Shown here: one piece after another, positions 24,743 through 33,403 of the stretch
Layout: each line of letters begins with the position of its first letter
Numbering within the stretch: position 1 is the stretch's first letter
Program-made: the position numbers and the translations under genes
Source of the DNA: a virus
DNA: 64,000 nucleotides
Virus record (IMG/VR): IMGVR_UViG_3300048848_000129
Location: 4,996 to 68,995 of that record
Direction: 5' to 3' (one strand)
The notes under the pieces: model-generated
The model's database searches: none
Told to the model about the DNA's origin: nothing
The model's input: the letters and a program-made list of their open reading frames with translations, nothing else

Positions 24743-25192
24743 TCATTGCAGGGCTTGCTGCAGCGCAATGCTGTTGTACATGCGGTAGTAGTAGTTGAAC
24801 CACCCGGTGCCGCTCTCGCCGAAGAAGCGCCCCTGCACCACCGCGTAGACGTCGGGCTCGAGCTTGCAGATGCGCTCGACGGCCGCCGCGGCGCCGCTGT
24901 CGCCGGAGTTGTAGTGGCTGCGCGCCACGCATGCGCTGTAGCCGGCCTCCGGCGCCGTCACCGGAGGCGGTGCTGGGGTCGGCGTGGGCAGCGGCGCTGG
25001 CGCGGGCACCGGAGCTGGCGGCCAAGGCGCACCAGGCGGCCAGCCGGTCGGGTTCTCCAGCTCGCCAGGCGCAGCTGGCGGCGCGGGCACACCGGGCACC
25101 CCAGGCGCACCCGGCGTGCCCGGCGTGCCCGGCTTTGGCGGACTGGGCAGCACCGGAAGCGGCGCGGCGTCCACCCGGTAGAGCGTTCCCAT
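24743..25192 (-). CDS. Pro/Gly-rich small virion protein
   Basis: PGTPGTPGAPGVPGVP and PAPAP tracts; in the operon. Confidence 0.6.
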   Translation of the reverse strand: MGTLYRVDAAPLPVLPSPPKPGTPGTPGAPGVPGVPAPPAAPGELENPTGWPPGAPWPPAPVPAPAPLPTPTPAPPPVTAPEAGYSACVARSHYNSGDSGAAAAVERICKLEPDVYAVVQGRFFGESGTGWFNYYYRMYNSIALQQALQ

Positions 25193-25193
25193 T

Positions 25194-25643
25194 TCAGGCC
25201 GTCGGGAACGCGATGCGGTAGAACTCCAGCACGAACGGCTGGCCGGCCACCAGGTCGGGTTCGATCAGGAACAGATCCTCGCCGCCCAGGCCGCCTGCGG
25301 TGCCCTGCACGCGCGCCTCGGTCGTGCTGACGCCGCCGCTGTCGCCATCGGCCACGAAGCGGTAGTAGCTGGCCGTGCCGCTGGCCAGGATGGAATCCTC
25401 GCCCCAGCTCTCGCCCGTGGTCTTGGCGATGGAGGTGGTGGCGGCCGCTGCATCGAACGTCAGGCCGGTGGCGCCGTCCCCGCCCACCGTCAGCTCGGCC
25501 AGCAGCGTGCCGGTCTCGGCGGCGTCTGCAGTGGCCGGCACGGCGCCGGAGAAGATCCGCAGGCGGCCACCGTCCAGCGCAGCGATGAATGCGCCATCCA
25601 CGAGCATGTGGCGACGCAGTGCGGTTGAAGTCTTGATTGCCAT
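25194..25643 (-). CDS. Virion structural protein, paralog family A (copy 2)
   Basis: LRIFSGAVPATADAAETGTLLA..SGTASYYRF..RVQGTAG. Confidence 0.8.
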   Translation of the reverse strand: MAIKTSTALRRHMLVDGAFIAALDGGRLRIFSGAVPATADAAETGTLLAELTVGGDGATGLTFDAAAATTSIAKTTGESWGEDSILASGTASYYRFVADGDSGGVSTTEARVQGTAGGLGGEDLFLIEPDLVAGQPFVLEFYRIAFPTA

Positions 25644-25652
25644 GATGGCTCC

Positions 25653-26099
25653 TCAGTTGGCGGGGTAGGAAAGCTGGAAGCTGGGGATGGCCAGCTCCGT
25701 CGACGGGGTGATCGGATCGAACGCGGTGGCGAAGCTGTCGGCAGCAGCGCCATCCAGGCGGTATGCCGCGGTGGACAGCCCGGCGGGCGCGGCAAGCGCC
25801 GACCAGCGCCACCAGCCGAAGGTGCCGTCGGCAACGCCCTTCAGGATCCAGGTGCCCACGTTGACGAGCACGCCGGCATCGCCCGCTGCGACGGTGAGGC
25901 CGCCGGCCGGCGCGCCCGCGGTTGGCATGGCCAGGCCGTTCAAGGTGATGTTGCCCAGCAGCGTGCCGGTGGCCGCGTCGTTGGCGCTGGCCGGCTGCGC
26001 GCCGCTGTAGAAGGCGATGTGGCCGCCCTGCAGCAGGTAGCCCAGCCCGAAGTTGGTCACCAGTGCGGTGCGCAAGGCGGACGAAAGGCGAATGGTCAT
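25653..26099 (-). CDS. Virion structural protein, paralog family A (copy 1)
   Basis: IAFYSGAQPASANDAATGTLLG..DGTFGWWRW..RLDG. Confidence 0.8.
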   Translation of the reverse strand: MTIRLSSALRTALVTNFGLGYLLQGGHIAFYSGAQPASANDAATGTLLGNITLNGLAMPTAGAPAGGLTVAAGDAGVLVNVGTWILKGVADGTFGWWRWSALAAPAGLSTAAYRLDGAAADSFATAFDPITPSTELAIPSFQLSYPAN

Positions 26100-28759
26100 A
26101 GGACTCCGATCGGAAGGATGTTCTGGGCCAGGCCGTCGATGCCGGAGATCTCCGGCAGGTCCAGCGAGCTGATGCGGTACCACTGGTCCTCACCCTTCCA
26201 GGCGCCGGCCTCGACCTCCACCCAGGTGGTGCCGTTCCAGACGGTGGCGACGCCGACCGGGCCCAGCGTGCTTTCCAGTCGGCCGGCCAGCAGGAACTCG
26301 CCCTTGTAGTGGGCATAGCGCAGCTGCTCGACGCGCTGGTAGTTGTCGTCGCCATCGAAGATGCCGTCGCCGACGATGACCGGGCCCGACAGCACGTACT
26401 CCATGAAGCCCACACTGCTGACCTCGCCGGCGAGACCGCGGGGCATGGAGCGCGGCGCCGTCTCGCGGCCCCAGCTGACCAGAGTGCAGGGGTAGGACAC
26501 CGTGGGCGTGAAGGCGTTGGGGATGCGCGTGTGGAAGGCGACGGCTTCCAACACGCCGCGGTGCACGGAGAGGGTCGTGATGTTCTGGCGGTTCAGGTAG
26601 CTCCCCTCGAACACGTAGCCGATCCGGCCCGGGCTGGGGTAGTTCAGCGGGTTGGGCGCCGTCTTGATGACCTGGCCCTGGAACTTGAGCCGGCCCACCA
26701 GGTACTCGGTGTCCACGTTGGGCAGCGTGTACTCGACATAGGCCACGCCTGACGGCTGCATGATGTCGAAGGGCAGGAAGTGGCGGAAGTAGCCGTAGGC
26801 GGCAGCAGCGTTGAGCGTGCTTTCCTTGTCCATCCGCGTCTCGGCGTAGTTGATGCTGGTGCCGTCGGGGAAGACCAGGATGCCCAGAAACTGCTTGGTG
26901 TAGACCTTGCCGGCCGTGGCCTGCGACGAACTCGCGCGCACGACGATCCTGGCGTAGACGATCGTCTCGTCGTCGTAGGCGGCGATCAGGCGGCACTCGC
27001 CGTCCATTTCCTGGCTGTAGACCCCGGGCCCGAACGAGACCGGATTGATGTTCAGCTGGCCGGTGTGCACGGTCGTGAAGCCCTCGCCGTCGCGCCACTC
27101 CACGAAGCTGATGCTGTGGCCCAGCACGCCGCTGCTGCCCACCTGCGGCGACATGCCGCTGTCCAGGTAGCCGCTGGGCGCGTCCACCAGCCGCAGGACG
27201 CTGAACACCATGCGCGCGCCGCTGGCGCTGAACCGGGGCCGGCCGACCAGGCTGGCGTCGACCGGGTCGAGTGCGAAGGCCGCCACCTGGTGCCGCGTGG
27301 CATAGAAGTCGTCGATGAACCCCTCTTGGATGGCCATGAACCGTGCGGCATTGGCAGCGGAGCGCACCAGCACCGCGATGCGCAGCACCGCCCTGCCCTC
27401 CTCATCGCGCACCAGGGTGGCGGCCACCACGTCGAACAGGCGCGCGTCGACCGATGCAGGCGTCAGCCAGACCTTGCGGCCGTGCAGCGTCACGTAGGGG
27501 TCGTACATCCCCGCGGACGCCGGCCCGGTGCTGTAGGCCTGCACGAACATGTCTTGCCTGCCGGACACGCCGACCGCCTCGTGCCGCATGCCAGTGCCCA
27601 CGGCGTGCACCCACTCCAGGATCCCGGTGAAGATCTGGCAGGCGACGCGCGCGTTCGTCGGCGGCACGATGGCTGTGATCGGGCCGTCGATGTCGTAGGG
27701 CGGATCCTGCTGGCCCGACAGCACCGTGGTGATGGACGAGGTGTCCAGCGATGCGTAGTACTGCCCGCTGGAGCCCCAGTCCTCGATCATGTTCGCGTAG
27801 TGGCCGGGCGATGCCGCCCAGTCGGCCACCGCCTGCACCGCATAGGCCTCGTCGTAGGCCAGCATGCCCGAGTTGAAGTAGATGTTCTCGCCGCCGACGG
27901 CCTGCATGCCGGCGCGCACATTGATCCGATCGGCGAACGTCTGGTAGCCCTCGCGAAAGCCGTGGTTGCTGTGGCCCATGACCCCGACCAGCCGCACGTT
28001 GTCCATCAGGACGTTGGCCAGCTCGCCCTTGAAGCCCTGCAGCGGCGGGCCCAGCGGCGGCATACCGGCGCTCGCGCGTACCGCGTTGGTCTCGGTGCGG
28101 AACCGCTGCTCCACCGCGTTCTCGGTGGCGTAGGCTGGCCGGTGGCATAGCCAGGTGCCACCCTCGAACTCGGTGAAGCCCTCGCGGCCCTTGTAGCGGT
28201 ACTCGAACTGGACGATCCAGGGGTCCAGCGGGTCGGGCGGCGGCTGCGCCGGGTCGGGCTTGGCCAGGCGCATCACGCCGGCGCTCGGCAGCAGCTCCCA
28301 GTCCATGTAGAAGAGGCTGCCGGGCCAGGCCGGGTACTTGTTGCGTGCGAAGCGGTTGATGACTGCCTGACGCAGCACGCCACCAGGTGTGCCGATGCCG
28401 TCGGGCGTGGGCGGCAGGCCGAAGCCGTCGGGCGCGGCCGCGGTGCGCGGCGTGACCATGAACCCTTCGGGGAGCCAGACCTGACGGCGCGGCGCCGGCG
28501 GCGCGCTGGCCGGTGGCGGCGCAACCTGGGGCTGCTCGACGTGCACGTTCAGCCGCTCGATCGGGCCGGCAATGTTCGTCGTGATGACCGCGCCGCTGGC
28601 CTGGTCGACAACCCGCGTCCGCCAGACCGGCACCTGGGCGGTGCTGGCCAGCAGCTTGGCCACGAACATCGCGCGCCGGGCAGCCGGCAGCAGCGGTGTC
28701 GCTTGGCCATCGCCCGTGGTGCTGATGCCAGGGGCGTCGAAGGGTTGCCGGCCGTCCAT
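26096..28759 (-). CDS. Large tail protein with an internal CAP/SCP-like domain (887 aa)
   Basis: TNAVRASAGMPPL..MGHS..FADRI..GENIY..AVADWAASPGHYANMI matches the CAP consensus. Confidence 0.7.
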   Translation of the reverse strand: MDGRQPFDAPGISTTGDGQATPLLPAARRAMFVAKLLASTAQVPVWRTRVVDQASGAVITTNIAGPIERLNVHVEQPQVAPPPASAPPAPRRQVWLPEGFMVTPRTAAAPDGFGLPPTPDGIGTPGGVLRQAVINRFARNKYPAWPGSLFYMDWELLPSAGVMRLAKPDPAQPPPDPLDPWIVQFEYRYKGREGFTEFEGGTWLCHRPAYATENAVEQRFRTETNAVRASAGMPPLGPPLQGFKGELANVLMDNVRLVGVMGHSNHGFREGYQTFADRINVRAGMQAVGGENIYFNSGMLAYDEAYAVQAVADWAASPGHYANMIEDWGSSGQYYASLDTSSITTVLSGQQDPPYDIDGPITAIVPPTNARVACQIFTGILEWVHAVGTGMRHEAVGVSGRQDMFVQAYSTGPASAGMYDPYVTLHGRKVWLTPASVDARLFDVVAATLVRDEEGRAVLRIAVLVRSAANAARFMAIQEGFIDDFYATRHQVAAFALDPVDASLVGRPRFSASGARMVFSVLRLVDAPSGYLDSGMSPQVGSSGVLGHSISFVEWRDGEGFTTVHTGQLNINPVSFGPGVYSQEMDGECRLIAAYDDETIVYARIVVRASSSQATAGKVYTKQFLGILVFPDGTSINYAETRMDKESTLNAAAAYGYFRHFLPFDIMQPSGVAYVEYTLPNVDTEYLVGRLKFQGQVIKTAPNPLNYPSPGRIGYVFEGSYLNRQNITTLSVHRGVLEAVAFHTRIPNAFTPTVSYPCTLVSWGRETAPRSMPRGLAGEVSSVGFMEYVLSGPVIVGDGIFDGDDNYQRVEQLRYAHYKGEFLLAGRLESTLGPVGVATVWNGTTWVEVEAGAWKGEDQWYRISSLDLPEISGIDGLAQNILPIGVL

Positions 28760-28762
28760 GGA

Positions 28763-29371
28763 TCACTCGTCTTCGGCGAAGACCCGGTAGCCGAGGTTGA
28801 ACACGCTGGCGTTGCTCTTGGTCTCATCGCTGGTGAAGCGCGTGATGGACATCAGCACGCCGGCGCCCGAGCCCTTGGCCTGCTGGGACAGCAGCGCCGC
28901 GCCGCGGATCACGACGGAGGTGCCGGTGGCGATGGTGAATGCCGCCTTGTTGTCCGTCGTGCCGTCCACGTTCGTGATGCTGCCGTCGGCGGCCGGGCCC
29001 GTGGGCGTCCAGGGCCGGCGCGTGGCCTCGCTGTAGCCGTTGGTGTTGCTCACGATCTCCGTGGCCGCGCCGACGAAGGTGGCGGCGGTCAGCGTCTCGA
29101 CCGGCGTGTAGGCGCCGCTGAACAGGGCCAGGTACCAGGCCGGTTGCGCTGCCTGGGCGCGCAGGCCGGCCTCCAGCAGGTAGTTGCGGCCCTCGACGGG
29201 GACGAGGTTGGGGCACACCATGCGCCGGCCTTGCTCGTCGTCGTACTCGTAGACGCCGCCGAAGTGCACCTTGGCGGCCGGGAACAGCAGGCCGGCTGGC
29301 GTGACCTCGTAGTGGTGGTTGCGGAAAGCGCGGCGGAACTCAGCGGCGTGACGGGCAAGGGCTTTGAGCAT
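28763..29371 (-). CDS. Virion structural protein (202 aa)
   Basis: NLVPVEGRNYLL..WYLALFSG..YSEATR..W; typical phage tail-associated protein. Confidence 0.7.
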   Translation of the reverse strand: MLKALARHAAEFRRAFRNHHYEVTPAGLLFPAAKVHFGGVYEYDDEQGRRMVCPNLVPVEGRNYLLEAGLRAQAAQPAWYLALFSGAYTPVETLTAATFVGAATEIVSNTNGYSEATRRPWTPTGPAADGSITNVDGTTDNKAAFTIATGTSVVIRGAALLSQQAKGSGAGVLMSITRFTSDETKSNASVFNLGYRVFAEDE

Positions 29372-29381
29372 GATGAACCTT

Positions 29382-30593
29382 TCAGGTGGTGGTGGAGTCG
29401 ATGGCCACGCCGAAGACTTGGCCCTGGTGCGCGGCCGTCAGCGTGATGAGCTGCTTCATGCCGTCGCGTTGGAGGAAGACCGAGCGCCCTTCGGTGCGCG
29501 GGTCGATCGCGATGCGACCGGGCTGCAGCTGGCGCGCGCTGCCATCCGCAGCACCGAGCCAGTAGCCGTCCGTGGCCAGCCAGACAGCGACGTCGCCGGG
29601 TGCGCCTGCCGTGAAGTGCTTGGCGGGCAGCACGAGACTGCTGCGCCGCACGGCGACGGCCCTGCTGGTGCGCCGCTTGGACCAGGCTGTCGGGTCAGCG
29701 CCGGCGAGCCAGTGCACGCCCTCGTCGTCTCCCACCAGCAGCCCGCCGTCCAGCGCCTCGAGGATCCTGATCGGGCCCTCGAACTGCACGAAGTTGCTGG
29801 CAGGCCGGTGCAGGTGCGGCCGCAGGGCCTCGCTGAACCACAGCACGCTGCCACGCGCCACGTACAGGCGGCCGCCCTGGCTGCGCACGAAGCTGCCGGC
29901 CGGCATGGGCTGCAGGTGCAGCACCTCGCAGGGCTGGCCGCCCGGGTAGACCGTCAGGACGTGCTGGGCCAGCAGCGCAGGGAATTCCTCGACCAGGTAG
30001 AGCACGTCGCCATCGGGCGGCGTCATGTAGACGCGCCAGCGGTGGCCGTCCACCGCGGGCAGGCCGGTGAGCTTCAGACCGCCCCGCAGCTGCAGGCTGC
30101 CCAGCGGCAGCGCGCCGGACTCCTCGCCCGTGGCGTCCACGATGCTGATGGCCACGAGGTAGCGGCCCGCGGTCAGCGTGCCATAGGGGTGCGACTCGAT
30201 GTCGGGCACCGCCGGCATGCGCACGCCCACGCGCTGCGCCGGGCCGCGCCGCGGCAAGCGCCACAGCGCGCCCTCGTTCGCCGCGTACAGACTTTCGTTG
30301 TACTCGTGGAAGTCGATGGGCTCGGCACTGCCCATGCTGGCCACCTGCGTGACAGCCAGCGACTGCACGTCCAGGTCGCAGAGGTCGTAGCCGCGGCCCA
30401 GCAGCACGCGGCCGTTCCAGTTGTAGACGCCGCTCATGCCGTGCCCGGGCAGCAGCATGCGGTAGCCGTCGCGCCGCTTGATGGTCGCCTTGCCCAGGTC
30501 GACGTTCACGGCGCTGCGCGCGGTGCCGGCCGGCAGCGCGGTCTCGTCGGAGAGCATGTCGATGCCCAGCAGCGGCAGCGGGATCGTGTTCAT
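29382..30593 (-). CDS. Tail protein, possibly nozzle/beta-propeller-like (403 aa)
   Basis: RSAVNVD..RRDGY; LWFSEALRPH; position after the adaptor. Confidence 0.65.
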   Translation of the reverse strand: MNTIPLPLLGIDMLSDETALPAGTARSAVNVDLGKATIKRRDGYRMLLPGHGMSGVYNWNGRVLLGRGYDLCDLDVQSLAVTQVASMGSAEPIDFHEYNESLYAANEGALWRLPRRGPAQRVGVRMPAVPDIESHPYGTLTAGRYLVAISIVDATGEESGALPLGSLQLRGGLKLTGLPAVDGHRWRVYMTPPDGDVLYLVEEFPALLAQHVLTVYPGGQPCEVLHLQPMPAGSFVRSQGGRLYVARGSVLWFSEALRPHLHRPASNFVQFEGPIRILEALDGGLLVGDDEGVHWLAGADPTAWSKRRTSRAVAVRRSSLVLPAKHFTAGAPGDVAVWLATDGYWLGAADGSARQLQPGRIAIDPRTEGRSVFLQRDGMKQLITLTAAHQGQVFGVAIDSTTT

Positions 30594-31168
30594 GCCGCTT
30601 CGTAGCTGTTGACGAAGCCAGTCCAGAACTTCGCCGCTGGCGGGGCGGTGGGCACCCCGGCGTACATCAGGATCGACAGCGCCTCCTCGGGCGGCGCGTT
30701 GTCCGGGAACTCCAGGGTGAAATCTCCCTGCGCCGCGCCTTCTGTGGTGCCAGCGTTTCCAAAGACGCTGAGATTCCCCCCATGCACGCCAGGGAAGAAG
30801 CCGTTGGAGAACCCGGAGGGGTCGCTGACCTCGTGCCCCTCACCGTTGACCACGACCCGGCGCCATGCGGTCTCGTCGTCCGTCAGCGGGATGGTGACGA
30901 GGCAGTGCATGTCGCGAAAGTACCCCGGGTCGAAGCTGGTCCCGGTGCGAATCGACGCGGAGATGTACATCAAGTGCGGATCGACCAGCTCCGGGTTGAT
31001 CGTGATCCACGGCGAGATAGTCCCAGGCGAGTAGGTGCCGTCGAAGATCACCAACTCCCTTCGGTTGTAGGCTCCTCCCGGGTCGGTGTCGACCCACGTG
31101 GATGTGTCCGGCCACTCGCTTGGCGGCGGGAGATTGAGCGTCAGCAGCAGAACGGGACCGTCGGCCAT
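30590..31168 (-). CDS. Hypothetical protein (192 aa)
   Basis: Clean ORF coupled to the next gene by ATGA; acidic and aromatic composition. Confidence 0.6.
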   Translation of the reverse strand: MADGPVLLLTLNLPPPSEWPDTSTWVDTDPGGAYNRRELVIFDGTYSPGTISPWITINPELVDPHLMYISASIRTGTSFDPGYFRDMHCLVTIPLTDDETAWRRVVVNGEGHEVSDPSGFSNGFFPGVHGGNLSVFGNAGTTEGAAQGDFTLEFPDNAPPEEALSILMYAGVPTAPPAAKFWTGFVNSYEAA

Positions 31169-31236
31169 GTCAGCACCCCGCCCGGTTGGGGCGCCGCGAC
31201 GCGCTGGGAATGACGGCTGGTCTTTGCATGGCCGGC

Positions 31237-31278
31237 ATCGTGCCGGCGCGCCTGCGGGGGGTCGAACCCTACCGGGGG
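31237..31278 (-). promoter_or_regulatory. Late-promoter motif
   Basis: CCCCCGGTAGGGTTCG with CACGAT at 22-nt spacing. Confidence 0.7.
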
Positions 31279-31294
31279 CGGAAAACCCGGTGGA

Positions 31295-31972
31295 TCAGAA
31301 CCAGGCTTGGTTGTGGTGCACCTGGTCGTCGACGGTGTCCTGCAGCAGGTCGGCGTCCACGCGCAGCCCGAAGTAGGCCTCGAAGCGCGCAAGGGCGAGC
31401 TGCGATTCCTGCGGATTCAGCACCTCGCTGTCCGGCACGCTGTAGCCGCGATACAGCGCCCAGTCGATCAGGTGCCGATGATGGATCTCGTGGATCTCTG
31501 GCTGGCTGGCTTCGCTCTCGCCCAGCGGCTTCATGGGCAGGCGGTAGCCCTCCAGGAAGACGGTACCCGGGCGGCTGACCCAGCCAGCCATCTGCAGCAC
31601 GCCGCCGTGCAGCGTGATGGCCCACGGCCGGCGGCTGTCGTCGGTGCGCCAGTCCGGGAGCAACGCATCGAGAGCGCCGCGGCTGCGGATCACCAGCTCG
31701 CGGCGATCGCGCGGGCGGCAGCCAGCGTCGCCGTGCCAGGCCTTGGTGATGAGGAACCAGCGCGGGTGCAGCCTGTAGCTCTGCCGAGCAGCCTCCACAG
31801 AGACCTCGCACATCTGCGGATCACAGGCCTCGAACAGCAGGCGCTTGCGCATCGCCGCCTCGTCCTCGGCCTCGCGCAGCCATTCCAGGATGTCCGGCTC
31901 CTGGAAGTTGAAAGCGGCCACCTTGTCGTCGGTCGCCCGACGGAAGGCAGCGACGAGGGCGGCGGTTTTCAT
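31295..31972 (-). CDS. Head-tail adaptor protein
   Basis: WLREAEDEAAMR..PEIHEIHHRHLIDWALYRGY..FEAYFG; position after head genes. Confidence 0.7.
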   Translation of the reverse strand: MKTAALVAAFRRATDDKVAAFNFQEPDILEWLREAEDEAAMRKRLLFEACDPQMCEVSVEAARQSYRLHPRWFLITKAWHGDAGCRPRDRRELVIRSRGALDALLPDWRTDDSRRPWAITLHGGVLQMAGWVSRPGTVFLEGYRLPMKPLGESEASQPEIHEIHHRHLIDWALYRGYSVPDSEVLNPQESQLALARFEAYFGLRVDADLLQDTVDDQVHHNQAWF

Positions 31973-32796
31973 GCGCCGAAGGCGTTGATCATCTGCGTGA
32001 CGTCCTGCCGCAGCTCGCCAACAGTCTTGGCCTCGTCGACCTTCTGCCGGTAGTGCGTCAGTGCGAAGGACTTGAGCGCCGCCTTGCCCATGCGCGCCAC
32101 CTGATCGCGCAAGCCCTGCAGCTCGTTCTCCTTGGCGTCCTCCTCTGCCTTCTTCTTGGCCAGGGCCTCCAGCTGGCCGCCAGTGTCGTCGGCGGCGGGG
32201 CCGTCAGTGGCGTCTGCGGGCTGCTCCGGCCCGCGCTCGAACTGGTCCTGGTGACGCAGGAAGTTGCGGGCCAGGTCCGCGGGCACGCTGCGCACCTGGT
32301 CCTTCTCGAACTTCAGCAGCGAGCCGTAGATGCGATCGACGAAGGAATCGCGCCGGCCGATGTACTTGACGGGCACCATGCCGGCCGTGGGCACGCGCGG
32401 CTCGCGTGGCTGCAGCTTGGCCAGGTCGGGCGCTAGCACGTCCACGGCCAGCACCAGGCCCTTGACGGCGTGCACGACGCCGCGGAAGAGGTAGTCCTTG
32501 GCCTTCTGCTCGGCCGGCAGCTCGGCATAGGCCTTGATGCAGGGGTGGACCTTCTTCTCGGCGTCCTTGACGTCGCCGTAGGTCCAGCCGTCGGCCAGCT
32601 TGGCCTGCAGCCAGGACTCGTGCGCCTGCTCGGGCGTCGCGTCCGGGTTGGCCAGATGCATGTTGACGCCAGCGATCAGGCTGGCGTGGTGGGATTCGGG
32701 GGCTTCGGCCCAGGCCGGCACGCTGTCGTCGCCGAGCGAGGCGCAGTAGGCACGGTTGACGTCGTGGGCGATCTGGGCGATCTGGTCGGGCTTCAT
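31969..32796 (-). CDS. RyR-domain protein
   Basis: HESWLQAKLADGWTYGDVKDAEKKVHPCIKAYAELPAEQKAKD matches the RyR repeat signature. Confidence 0.8.
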   Translation of the reverse strand: MKPDQIAQIAHDVNRAYCASLGDDSVPAWAEAPESHHASLIAGVNMHLANPDATPEQAHESWLQAKLADGWTYGDVKDAEKKVHPCIKAYAELPAEQKAKDYLFRGVVHAVKGLVLAVDVLAPDLAKLQPREPRVPTAGMVPVKYIGRRDSFVDRIYGSLLKFEKDQVRSVPADLARNFLRHQDQFERGPEQPADATDGPAADDTGGQLEALAKKKAEEDAKENELQGLRDQVARMGKAALKSFALTHYRQKVDEAKTVGELRQDVTQMINAFGA

Positions 32797-32820
32797 TGGT
32801 GGACTCCAGCAAGGGGATGC

Positions 32821-32845
32821 GAAGAAAGGGCCCGCAGGCCCTTTC
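32821..32845 (-). terminator. Rho-independent terminator after the capsid/decoration genes
   Basis: AAAGGGCC-TGCG-GGCCCTTT followed by CTTC. Confidence 0.6.
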
Positions 32846-32863
32846 ACGTCGGACAGTGGCCGA

Positions 32864-33337
32864 TCAGGGGTTGCCCGTCTGCTCGCCGATGACCGAGATG
32901 TCGGTGCGCGAGGCCTTGGCGTTGGCCGCGCCGGCGATCGTCAGGATCAGGCGGGCGGGCTTGGGCAGCGTGACGGGGGCTTTGCCGCCGCTGGCGCGGT
33001 ACAGGCCTGCTGCGTTCAGCGCGATGCCCGCGCCGAAGTACGCCGCGTCCTGGGGCACCGCGACATCGTCGACGCCGTCCTCGTACTGGAACCCCAGCGA
33101 ACCGGTGACGGCAGCCGTCCAGGCCGTGGAGACGCGCGCGATGCTGTCGTCGAGGCGCATGCCGGCCGGCAGCGGGCCCAGGTCGAGCACGTCGCCAGCG
33201 GCCACGGCAGCGGCGCTGTCGGATTCCGCGAGTGCGCCGTTGGCGGCCGTGATGGCCAGGAACGCCAGCACGGAAAGGTTGCCGGCCGACTGCGCGTACT
33301 GGCGCGCGCGGAATTGCTTCTTGGTGATGGTTGCCAT
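32864..33337 (-). CDS. Capsid decoration / minor head protein
   Basis: Follows the capsid gene; GDVLDLGPLPAGMRL motif. Confidence 0.65.
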   Translation of the reverse strand: MATITKKQFRARQYAQSAGNLSVLAFLAITAANGALAESDSAAAVAAGDVLDLGPLPAGMRLDDSIARVSTAWTAAVTGSLGFQYEDGVDDVAVPQDAAYFGAGIALNAAGLYRASGGKAPVTLPKPARLILTIAGAANAKASRTDISVIGEQTGNP

Positions 33338-33403
33338 GGTGGATTGCTCCTGTGATGGATCTGCAAGGCGACGAGACGGGCCGGGTGGACCGGCCCTGCC
33401 CCA

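Noticed and set aside
4606-24788. Long plus-strand ORFs (e.g. 4606-6978, 11759-13780, 17324-20707, 22800-24788)
   Set aside because: Antisense shadows of GC-rich genes, with low-complexity Arg/Ala/Ser translations and no motifs.
4860-31168. Diversity-generating retroelement or invertible tail-fibre cassette
   Set aside because: No reverse transcriptase or invertase, and no template/variable repeat pair seen; the fibre repeats are degenerate peptide repeats.
31170-31229. 19-aa leader peptide after the tail late promoter
   Set aside because: Too short to support as a gene; noted only as a possible translational-coupling device.
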